Part shown: one piece after another, positions 52,587 through 64,000 of the stretch
Layout of the letters: each line of letters starts with the position of its first letter
Position numbering within the stretch: position 1 is the stretch's first letter
NCBI GenBank assembly: GCA_951406725.2
Contig: OX597819.1
Coordinates: 109,492,001-109,556,000, forward strand
DNA length: 64,000 nucleotides
Direction of reading: 5' to 3'
Source of the DNA: Octopus vulgaris
Taxonomy: Eukaryota
The notes under the pieces: generated by a model
Seen by the model: the letters and a program-made list of their open reading frames with translations, nothing else
Database searches by the model: none
Told to the model about the DNA's origin: nothing
Translations under genes and position numbers: made by a program

Positions 52587-53380
52587 TAAGATCATCCAGA
52601 ATAGAACTCACCTGTATATAACCACTAATGGTGTGTGTGTGTGTGTGTGTGAGAATGAGAGAGAGAAGGAGTGTGAAGAAAAGAGAGTGATGCATGAATA
52701 AAATAGTATAAAACGGAGTAGTCGCGTTTAGTGAAATGTGAATGAACTTTAAGCATGAATGAAATTGCTGTTTATAGAAATATCTATCAAGCTATTGATT
52801 GATCAGCCTGTTCACCTAATCTATCCACCCGGCTACCAGTCTGCAAACCCGTTTCCACATCCGCCAACTCTGTGTATGTATGTATGTATGTATGTATGTA
52901 TGTATGTATGTATGTATGTATGTATGTTTGCATTTGTGTATGCATGCGATGAAGTACTTATTTAGGTATAAATATATACACACCCACGCACACGTGTATA
53001 TATGCTAACACGTGCGTATATACATCATGTGTGTGTGCGTATATATATATATATATATATACCACACACACATATATATATACACACAAAGAAGCACTTC
53101 CATATATATATACACATAAATGTAAAAATACATGTACTATGTATACATGTATATATAAATATATATATTTATAAACATATATGTATGTATATACATACAT
53201 ACCACACACAGACACACACAGACATATACATAAATATAAATCTCTATCTATATACATGTATATCGGGACAAGTCTAGAACTATCTTCTCTGAAGAAAAAG
53301 TGCGTTCGCAGACTCACAATGTGGTCCGGTGTGTGTTATGCATAACTATTTCTGTATGTCCTCAATATGTATGCAAGTTT

Positions 53381-53496
<116 letters not shown>

Positions 53497-53533
53497 GTAA
53501 GTATGTATGTATGTATGTATGTATGTATGTATG

Positions 53534-53575
<42 letters not shown>

Positions 53576-53598
53576 CCTATCTATAAATACAAACACAC

Positions 53599-53639
<41 letters not shown>

Positions 53640-53647
53640 CACACATA

Positions 53648-53766
53648 TTGGCCTGTTCGCTTAGCCAGCGGGGTGGCGTCAATTTGAAGGCTAAAACAAT
53701 GCGAAGCGCATTGTGACCAGCGATGTGTAGCAACATCTGATAGCCTGGTCGGTCACGGTGATCACG

Positions 53767-53770
<4 letters not shown>
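53648..53770 (-). mobile_element. ~120-bp unclassified (TA)n-associated element
   Basis: Inverted homologue of 40984-41100. Confidence 0.75.
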
Positions 53771-53846
<76 letters not shown>

Positions 53847-54397
53847 CATACATGCATATACACGTGCAGAGGCAATAATTCTTGTAATGTAGGGTAAAGC
53901 TCTATACAATCACAACTCTGAGTTAGACGTTAAAAACTCGGACTAGTGTCAGTATAATGACTCAGTTTCCTCTGAGTGAATGAGTAAGTACAGTGTGGTG
54001 CATTAAGTACTCCTTTATCTGGTTCATTTACAAACTACTCTCACCAACACTCTACTACAATCGAAAGTGGAATACACTGTAATAAGCTTTCTGTTACCTT
54101 CTCCAGTTTCACAGGAGTACTTCCCAACATAATGGTGTACTTATGAATGATATTGTGATATATTCGCAAAACTGAACTCTTACTACCACACACACATACA
54201 CACACAGACACACAGATACACACACTCGCGCGCGCGCGTACGCAGATGCACGAACGCACACACATGCACACATACAGGCATACACACTCGCTTTCATGAG
54301 CATCCATACACGCATTCGCACTACTTACTGTGAAATGGGTTGGATTATGTATGTATGTATGTATGCATGTATATATGTATGTATGGATGTATGCATG

Positions 54398-54431
<34 letters not shown>

Positions 54432-55466
54432 TGTATGTATGTATGTACGTACGTACGTACGTATGTATGTATGTATGTATGTATGTATGTATGTATGTAT
54501 GTATGCATGTATGTATGGATGGATAGATGGATGGATGTATATATTTATATGTATGCGACCATGTGGATGCGTGCGAATGATTGTGTGGTGTGTATGCGTA
54601 TACGTGTATGTGTGTGTGTGTGCGTACGTGCGTGCGCGTGTGTCTGTGTTTGTGTGTGTATGTATGTATATATGTATATATATATAATTTTTTTATCCTT
54701 CTTTTTATTTCTGCCATGAGATTACGGTCATACTGGGACACCGCATTAAGAGAATTGTCCTTTTAGCTGCAAAAGTGTAATATTTGAGTGTGTGTGTGTG
54801 TATGTATGCGTGTGTGTGTGTTGTGTACATGCGTGTGTATGTATGTGTGTGTGTGTGTGTATGTGTGTGTGTTTGTATGCAAGAAATAGTAGCACATACA
54901 GACACACACACAAACAAACGAGCAGTCAATTACGGGTTCACAGAGGTGTGATTTGCAATGAAGCTAATAAGGTACTCACTCATGTCAAGGAGATTGAACA
55001 AACACAGTTTCAAATCCGAGTATATACGAGTTGTACTACAACCCCATGGGGTTCCTGATCCGTTCTTCATACATACACACTCAGATATACACATATACAT
55101 ATAAGCACACATATAAATCCTTAAATCCTTAAAAATCTTTCAGCACGAAGGCTGCGGGCATGCTGGGGCACCACCGTTATGTATATGAACATATACATAT
55201 ATACATATATGTATATATGTGTGTGTCTGTTATATGTATGTATACATATACGCATGTGTCTATATGCATACATACATTTATATATGTATAAATGTATGTA
55301 TGTATGTGTCTATCTATCTCTATATCTATCTTCTGTCTGTTTCCCTGTTTGTCTGTCTGTCTCTTCATATATGCAACCCTTAAAGAAGCTATAAATAACA
55401 TCACAAAATGGACAGCCAATACTAAGAGATTGTACATCGGTTCGTATGCATACATACAAACATACA

Positions 55467-55543
<77 letters not shown>

Positions 55544-55923
55544 TGAATACTTACACATGAGCATGCATGCTTACAAATATGCGTACATATATACGTATAC
55601 ATATATACATAGATGCATACATACATACATACATACATACATACATACATACATACATACATACATACATACATGCATATAGACATGTATATATACATAT
55701 ACATATATATATGTATATATATATATATATATGTATATGTATATATATGTATGCATACATACAAATGCACACTCATATATTGTCACAGTTACATGCACAT
55801 ATATACACACACACTCATTTCTGACATATACATAGAGGTGCATAACCATATAAGCATTCTCGAAGATTAAGGAATTCGTATCCGGGATTCATACATATAA
55901 CCCCCTCTCCCATACACACACAG

Positions 55924-56008
<85 letters not shown>

Positions 56009-56518
56009 CTCACACACACACACTCACACACATATACATCGTACATATATACATGCATGCATACACACATGCGAACACACACAAATACTCTTAAAATTCT
56101 TGTCCAAAAATTAATGGAATGACGGCCACTTACCTTTTGACCGCAAGATGTCGCTGGTTGAAACAAAATTCCGTTCAGCTGACGTCCAGCTGACAACAAC
56201 AACCAACAAACAAATGCGACAACATCAACAACCACAACATGAATATGAACAGGTATGAATTAATTGAGGTGTAATTACTATGTATATATATATATATGTG
56301 CGTGTGCGTGTGTGTGTGCTTGTATGTATGTTTTTGTTATAAGTATATATAAGTATATATAAACTGTTGAAGCAGTAATAATAATAATAATTATAGTAAT
56401 AATGACGATGATGATGATGATGGTGATAATAATAATAATAATAATAATAATGATAATAATAATAAAAATAATAATAATGATAATAGTTGTAATAATAATA
56501 ATAATAATAATAATAATG

Positions 56519-56569
<51 letters not shown>

Positions 56570-57000
56570 GTAACAATGATAGTAATAATTAATGAACTTA
56601 AATCCGGTGGTGCGTGATAATCTTAATCCAGTTATGCAATTTGAAGGGATGAGAGATGTTTCTGTCCAGTAGGAGAAAATAACAATGACAAGTGGAAGAA
56701 CTGGAAGATGAACAACGCCAGCAACAACAGCAGCATCAGCATCAGCATCAGCAGCAAGAATTAATACGAGTCACTGCAACGGTAGAACTAATAGTTGCTG
56801 TAATAGTGGTAGTTGTAGCAGCAGCAGCAGCAGCAGCAAAACCAGCAACAGCAGCAACAACAGCTGTAGCAGCACAGCAGTAGCAGCAGCAGCAGCAACG
56901 GGGACGGCAACGCGAAGAGAAGTAGTTAGTCGTAGTAGTAGTAGTAGTCGCAGCAGTGGCATCAGCAGCAGCAGTAGTAGTAGCGGTAGTAGTAGTAGTG

Positions 57001-57041
<41 letters not shown>

Positions 57042-57202
57042 TGTTGTTGTTGCTGTTATACAGTGTCATCTAGTTATCATTATTTTAGAAGCAACCGCTC
57101 GATCAAGAACCGCTTCTTGCACCTTCATCATCATCAGCATCACAACAATAACTATTATCGCCAGAACCATTACAACAAAGGAATACCACCACCACCACCA
57201 CC

Positions 57203-57250
<48 letters not shown>

Positions 57251-57319
57251 AATGACAAAAGCAATAGTTGTTGTTATAGTTAGAAAATATATCAAGAACA
57301 TATATATATATATATAATA

Positions 57320-57510
57320 GGCGTAGGAGTGGCTGTGTGTTAAGTAGCTTGCTTACGAACCACATGGTTCCGGGTTCAGTCCCACTGCGTGGCACCTTGG
57401 GCAAGTGTCTTCTACTATAGCCTCGGGCCGACCAAAGTCTCGTGAGTGGATTTGGTAGACGGAAACTGAAAGAAGCTCGTCGTATATATATGCATATAAG
57501 CATATATATG

Positions 57511-57561
<51 letters not shown>

Positions 57562-57760
57562 CTGTGTTTGTCCCCCCCCCCAACATCGCTTGACAACCGA
57601 TGCTGGTGTGTTTACGTCCCCGTAAATTAGCGGTTCAGCAAAAGAGACCGATAGAATAAGCACTAAGCATACAAAGAATAAGCCCTGGAGTCGATCTGCT
57701 CGACTAAAGACGGTACTCCAGCATGGCCGTAGTCACATGACTGAAACAAATAAAAGAGTA
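57320..57760 (+). mobile_element. SINE family B (full length, reference copy)
   Basis: A-box-like TGGCTGTGTGTT, B-box GGTTCAGTCCC, CACCTTGGGCAAGTGTC core, internal (TA)/(TG) microsatellite, tail ending GACTGAAACAAATAAAAGA. Confidence 0.9.
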
Positions 57761-58103
57761 TATATATATATATATATATTATGGTGTCATCCAATGTTGC
57801 TATTGAAAGACTTGAAGGAAAAGAGACCGTTGGATAGGTAGTCCGTCCGGCGAAGAATACTGCAACAACAATAAGAGCAACTGCAACAATACCATTATCA
57901 ACAACAACAATAGCTGCAACATTGAGAACAACAATTACAGCAGCAAGGGTAACACGATTATTGTTACTAGTAATAGTAGTAGTAGTGGTATTGACGATAG
58001 TTCTTGGTGTACCCTTATCAGACGTGTAATCATGATGGGTGTATTAGCCTTCGTATATTTGTACCCCAGTGTCACTTTGTTGGCATGCACTGCTCTCTCA
58101 TTC

Positions 58104-58157
<54 letters not shown>

Positions 58158-58161
<4 letters not shown>

Positions 58162-58332
58162 TCTACAATGAGCACAAGGCCTGGAATTTGTGGGGAGGGG
58201 TAAATCGATTTCATCAACACCAGTGTTCAACTGGTACTTATTTTGGCGCCCCACCGCCGCAGCCGAAAGGATGAAAGGCAATGTCGACCTTGGCGGAATT
58301 TGAGCCCAGGATGTACAGTGTCGACCTCGGCG
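58158..58332 (-). mobile_element. Family-A SINE fragment within (AAT)n
   Basis: CCGAAAGGATGAAAGGCAATGTCGACCTTGGCGGAATTTGA. Confidence 0.7.
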
Positions 58333-58360
58333 AATAATAATAATAATAATAATGATGATG

Positions 58361-58423
<63 letters not shown>

Positions 58424-59049
58424 GTGATGATGATGATACGAATTGTGATGCAATTAGTAATCCAGTTGAGTTATTAGAGTGTCGTCTGCTTCTGAATGAC
58501 AGAAGGAGAATAGAAATGAAAAAAAAAAAAAAATGTCCGCCCGAGTAAGAAATTCGCAACAATAATAATAACAAAAAATAACAACAACAACGAAGGCAGT
58601 AATGACAAGGATTATAACAGCAATATTAAGGGCTGTAACACCAACAACACCAACATAACACTATTGATTGTATTAGTAGTGGTTGTATTTAGTAGTAATC
58701 AGAGTATTAGTTATAAATTCATAGATGCAAATTTATGAATCCCCCTGCTCGGATTATTTATCTGTCGTCTGCTATTGCAGGCTAACGGAATGTAAGAGAA
58801 ATGAATGGAAAGTGTTCGTCCGAAAGAGAGCGAGAGCTGATGGCCGTTCTGTCTGAAGAATCTGTTCTGAATGTCTGACAGACAGCCTGTGCCTGACTGT
58901 TTGATTCTCTACACTTATATCTATCTGTTTGGCTGTTGGTCGTAGTATTTACCTGGCTATCTGCCTGTATATTTAACCTACCCGTTTCTCTTTCTAGCTG
59001 TCTTCCTGCCTACCTGAAATCCACCCTTCCATCCATCGAGCCTGCTATC

Positions 59050-59098
<49 letters not shown>

Positions 59099-59280
59099 CC
59101 AGTTATCCGTATGTCACTGTTACTGTCCGTCTTCCTATCCAACCATTTGTCTGATTGCAGGTTAATCCATCCATCCATCCATCCATCCATCCATCCATCC
59201 ATCCATCCATCCATCCATCCATCCATCCATCCATCCATCTGACAATCTGTCTGCCGCTCTTTGTATAGCGCGTGCGTGCG

Positions 59281-59445
59281 TGTATGCGGTAAGAAGCCTG
59301 CTTCCAAACTACATGGTTTCAGGTTCAGTTCCAATGCGTGGCACTTTGGGCAAGCGTCTTCTACTATAGACTCGGGTCAACCAAAGCCCCAGGAGTGGAT
59401 TTGCTAGAGGGACACTGAAAGAATCCCGTTATACACGCACGCACG

Positions 59446-59504
<59 letters not shown>

Positions 59505-59835
59505 GCACGCACACACATACACACACACACACGCATGCACACACACATACACACACACACGCACGCATACACATACACACACGCTCACACACATAAACGC
59601 ACACACGTACACACACATACACATACACACGTGTGTGTTTGTCCCCCACCATCGCTTGACAACCAGTGTTGGTTTGTTTACATCCCCGTAACTTCGCAGT
59701 TCTGCAAAAAAAGAAACCGAAAGAATAAGTAGTAGGCTTTAAAAAAAATTAAGTACTTGAGTCGATTTCTTCAACTAAACATTTCAAGGCAGTGCTCCAG
59801 CATGGCCGCAATCCAACGCCTGAAACAAGTAAAAT
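59281..59835 (+). mobile_element. SINE family B with expanded internal (CA)n
   Basis: Head 59281-59430 and tail 59630-59835 match the reference copy. Confidence 0.8.
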
Positions 59836-60457
59836 ATTGCACACACACACACACACACACACACATGTATAAGGAAAACACGTGTGCTGAGACTGCTGCT
59901 AAACTGTGTCTCTGAGGGGTAGTTGTCTCCGCAAGCGGTGAATCAGCTCTATAGGCGTTTTGACTCTATCTACCGCGATACCAGAGCTACCCTGGTGTCA
60001 CCCACCGACGTAAGCGACAAAAGTCCCGCAGAAAGCACCACACACACATACAGACCTCTCCCCAAACACAAAATCACACACACACAAACAGCTATCTGTG
60101 TACGTTCAGCACTTAGATATGAAGCCCATCACACCACGAACTTCCACATAGCATTGCTTTGCATTTCTTTTTGTTGTTGTTGTTGTTGTTGTTCTTCTTC
60201 TTCTTCTTGTTACAGACGGGATGATATATCTTTTGTATATATTTATGTAATTTTTGTTTGCGGTTCCGACGTTCTTCAGATTCGATGTTCCTTTCTCTTT
60301 CTTTTTTAGAGATTGAATTGCCACTGGCTATTAAGACGAACGATCGCCTTTCATTCAGCCTTCCTTGTACCAATGCTATTGCGGCTGACGGCATTGCATT
60401 ATTTTCTTAGCTTGGTTGTTGTTTAAGACGATAACAACAATCACAGCAACAAACAGA

Positions 60458-60724
60458 CCACCACCACCACCACCACCACCATCACAACCACCACCACCAC
60501 CACCACCACCACCACCACCACCACCACCACCACCACCACCACCACCACCACCACCACCACCACCACCACCACCACCACCACCACCACTACCACCACCACC
60601 ACCACCACCACCACCACCACCACCACCACCACCACCACCACCACCACCACCACCACCACCACCACCACCACCGCCGCCGCCACCACCAACACCACCACCA
60701 CCACCACCACCACCACCACCACCA
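60458..60724. repeat. Long (CCA)n microsatellite
   Basis: About 265 bp of nearly pure CCA. Confidence 0.95.
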
Positions 60725-61902
60725 TGACAACAACAGCAACACTAGCAGTGTTAAAGTCAACGATAGTAACTGTAGTACCAGCGGCAGTTTTAGTAGTAGA
60801 TATAGTCGTAGTTGCACTAGTAGTAGTAGTAGTAGTAGTAGTAGTGGCAGCAGCAGCAGCAGTAATAGTAGTTGTATAGTGCTGGATGGCAGTCATAGTA
60901 GCAGCGCCAGTTTTTCATGCGATAGTAGAGTGGTAGTAGTAGTAGTAGTAGTAGTAGTTGTAGTGGTTGTAGTAGCAGCAGCAGCAGCAGTTGGAGAGGT
61001 TGATCTTGCAGTAGTAGTGGTAATATTACTTAGTAGTGATCATAATAATAACGGAGGTAATGATAGTACTGTTGGAAGAAGATATAGTGCAAAAAGCATT
61101 AGGAGTAGTATTTTACTATGTGCTGCAGTAGTATGTGCTGTAGTAGCAGATAGAATTAGTTCAGTGCCATAGAGCTGCAGTAGACGAAAGACAGTTCGTC
61201 TTAAGTGACTTGCCGTAGAACGATAGTGTATGGTGCAACAGAATAGAGCGGTATGTAAGTGTGTATGTATGTATGTATGTATGTATGTATGTATGTATGT
61301 ATGTATGTATGTATGTGTGTATGTATGTATGTATGTGTGTGTGTATGTATGTATGTATGTATGTATGTATGTATGCATGTATGTATGTATGTATGTATGT
61401 ATGTATGTATGTATGTATGTATGTATGTGTGTATGTATGTATGTATGTATGTATGTATGTATGTATGTATGTTTTATGTATGTATGTATGTATGTATGTA
61501 TGTGTGTGTATGTGTGTCTGTGTATGTATGTATGTATGTTTTTCTCTTTTTGATTAAGAGTAAATTTGACCGGGGCCACCTTTCATTGGTTGCAAGGTCG
61601 TGAAGGAATGCATCTTGATTTGTTCATCATTCTTCAAATTATAAGTTCTTTATTTCTTTATTTCTTTATTGCCCACAAGGGGCTAAACAGACAGGGGACA
61701 AACAAGGACAAACAAAGAGATTAAGTCGATTACATCGACCCCCAGTGCATGACTGGTACTCGCCGCCTTCAATTACAAGTTCTTGTGGATTTTTATAATC
61801 CCAGATATTGCATGTATGTATGTATGTATGTATGTATGTATGTATGTATGTATGTATGTATGTATGTATGTATGTATGTATGTATGTATGTATGTATGTG
61901 TG

Positions 61903-61934
<32 letters not shown>

Positions 61935-62140
61935 TGTGTGTGTGTGTGTATGTGTATGTATGTATGTATGTATGTATGTGTGTATGTGTGTATGTATGTA
62001 TGTATGTATGTATGTATGCATACATGCATGTATGTATGCATACATGCATGCATGTATGTATGTATGTATGCATGCATGCATGCATGCATGTATGCATGTA
62101 TGTATGTATGTATGTATGTATGCATACATGCATGCATGGG

Positions 62141-62171
<31 letters not shown>

Positions 62172-62249
62172 CTATGTATATAAGTATGTCTGTATGTCTA
62201 TATATATATGTGTATATATCTATCTATGTATGCGTACATGTATGAATTT

Positions 62250-62522
62250 ATGAGTGGATTTGGTAGGCGGAAACTGAAAGAAGCCCGTCGTATATATGTA
62301 TATGTATATGTATGTGTGTGTATGTGTTTGTGTGTCTGTGGTCGTCCCCCAACATCGCTTGACAACCGATGCTGGTGTGTTTACGTCCCCGTAACTGATC
62401 GGTTCGGCAAAAGAGACCAATAGAATAAGTACTAGGCTCACAAAGAATAAGTCCTGGGGTCGATTTGTTCGACTAAAGGTGGTGCTCCAGCATGGCCGCA
62501 GTCAAATGACTGAAACTAGTAA
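62250..62522 (+). mobile_element. 5'-truncated SINE family B
   Basis: TGAGTGGATTTGGTAGGCGGAAACTGAAAG...GACTGAAACTAGTAAAA. Confidence 0.85.
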
Positions 62523-62543
62523 AAATAGCATGTTTTAGATATA

Positions 62544-62574
<31 letters not shown>

Positions 62575-63239
62575 ATGTATGTATGTATGTATGTATGTAT
62601 GTATGTATGTATGTATGTATGTGTACATGTGTGTGTTTGTGTGTGTGTGTGCGTGAAATCTCTCTGTACCAGTGTATATTGCAGTCGTGTTGTTTAGGTC
62701 CATATCAGTCTTGATTGAGCAGATCTTATCATAAACAGAGTTCCAACCGTGACAATCCCATCTTTGTTTTAATGTTCCCAGGAATACAATATCCTGGATT
62801 TATCAAGCTCCTTGCTACTTTTTGTGTTTTACTTGAGGGAAATTTGATTGGTATTTCTAGCTGGTCCAGCGACCACCTAAAGCCTCTCCCTTGTCTGTGG
62901 TGTATATTGGAGTTGTGGTGGTAGTAGTGAGATCGTGGTGGTTGTGTTAGTATTAATGGGAGGAGATGCTGTCGTGGGAAGAAGACCAGTGTTGGTGAAG
63001 GTGTCGATGTTGTTTAGTTCCAGATCAATCTTGAACCAGCAGAAGTATGATCAAAAGCGTTCCAACCGTGAACAACCCGTCTTTGTGTGTACCAAGGATT
63101 ACAGTATCAATATATATATGTCCAGCAAGTCGAGATTTGAATGAGATTTAGCTGCTATTTCTAGCAGATCGTTCCATAGTTTAGATGTTCCTTGTCTTTA
63201 TTACTTTTGGGTTTCTGTTTCCCTTAACTGAAAGAAGAT

Positions 63240-63627
63240 ACTGGGCTCATAACCTTCGTAGGGGCCTCCGCCTTGGAGCTACACTCATGAGCTGGTGAGA
63301 TCGACACGATTAGCGTTCATCTTTAACAATCAACAAATGCAGGAGAAACAGTCGAAGGATCGAAATTTCAGAGTGTCGATATTCGGGGGAGGAAGGACTG
63401 GGTGCAGCAGTTAGTTCGAGGCCTGGGGAGTGGAGGGAGTGCACATAACGGGAGGAGGAGAGACAAATGAGTCGAGAGTGCTTGAGCAGAAGTGATATGA
63501 GAGTAGCCAGTTCCGAGCAGCAAAGATCACTGTAATATTGACAGAAAAGATAGAGTCAGGAGTTGGCGAGTGTTTTGATCAACGACTTCATGCCAATCAG
63601 TTGTCTACGATATGTGTGGTGGTATAC

Positions 63628-63708
<81 letters not shown>

Positions 63709-64000
63709 TGAGAGAGGATGTGAGGGAGGGAAAAAGAGAGAAAAAGGAGAGAGTGGGAGGGAGAGGGAGAGAGAGAGAGAGAGAGAGAGAGTGTGTGTAG
63801 CAGCACAAGCATCTCAGAGGTGGGGGCAACACATAGTTGCGGGTCTCTGCAGAGCTTTCCTGAAAGTTGCATGTTTAACTGGAGATAAAGTAATTGCTGG
63901 TTTCAAAGTGAAGATCCAGTCTTTGTGATGCAGTCTAAGGCATATTAAGGATATGAGAGATGCTTAGGGGATAGCAAGACTATGAGAGATACTTAGGGGA
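63240..64000 (-). mobile_element. Degenerate CR1/L2-group LINE 3' end
   Basis: Minus strand LYLFCQYYSDLCCSELA...RPRTNCCTQSFLPRISTL*N resembles the LFYRYY...CS.EL...SF.PRT..LWN consensus; interrupted by (GA)n. Confidence 0.6.

Noticed and set aside
58786-58810. miR-1-like sequence GGAATGTAAGAGAAATG
   Set aside because: Only a partial resemblance, and no hairpin partner is evident.
60416-60896. Polyproline/polyvaline ORFs
   Set aside because: Translation of a (CCA)n microsatellite.

Overview
AT-rich, microsatellite-saturated eukaryotic non-coding DNA. The repeat repertoire looks like an octopod cephalopod (Octopus-like) genome; this is an inference, not a database result. I see no intact host protein-coding gene, rRNA, true tRNA gene or CRISPR array, and almost every ORF in the supplied track is translated microsatellite. 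The window is a layered set of mobile-element remnants. (1) Three tRNA-derived SINE families (A, B and C here), several with clear target-site duplications, plus an unclassified family D. (2) Decayed APE-type LINEs (RTE-like and CR1/L2-group). (3) Six 5'-truncated restriction-like-endonuclease (R4/Dong-type) retrotransposon pieces whose 3' ends run into (CATA)n or (TAA)n. (4) Helitrons, mariner remnants and hAT-, piggyBac- and pogo-like MITEs. (5) Several short Penelope/retrozyme-like units carrying hammerhead-ribozyme motifs, often next to (TA)n. Other notable structures are a near-perfect ~520-bp palindrome centred on (TA)n, an isolated 66-nt hairpin, a 27-bp minisatellite and a candidate NRF1/CCAAT promoter at the left edge. 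The best leads are the hammerhead-bearing elements and the apparent microsatellite-targeting R4/Dong lineage.
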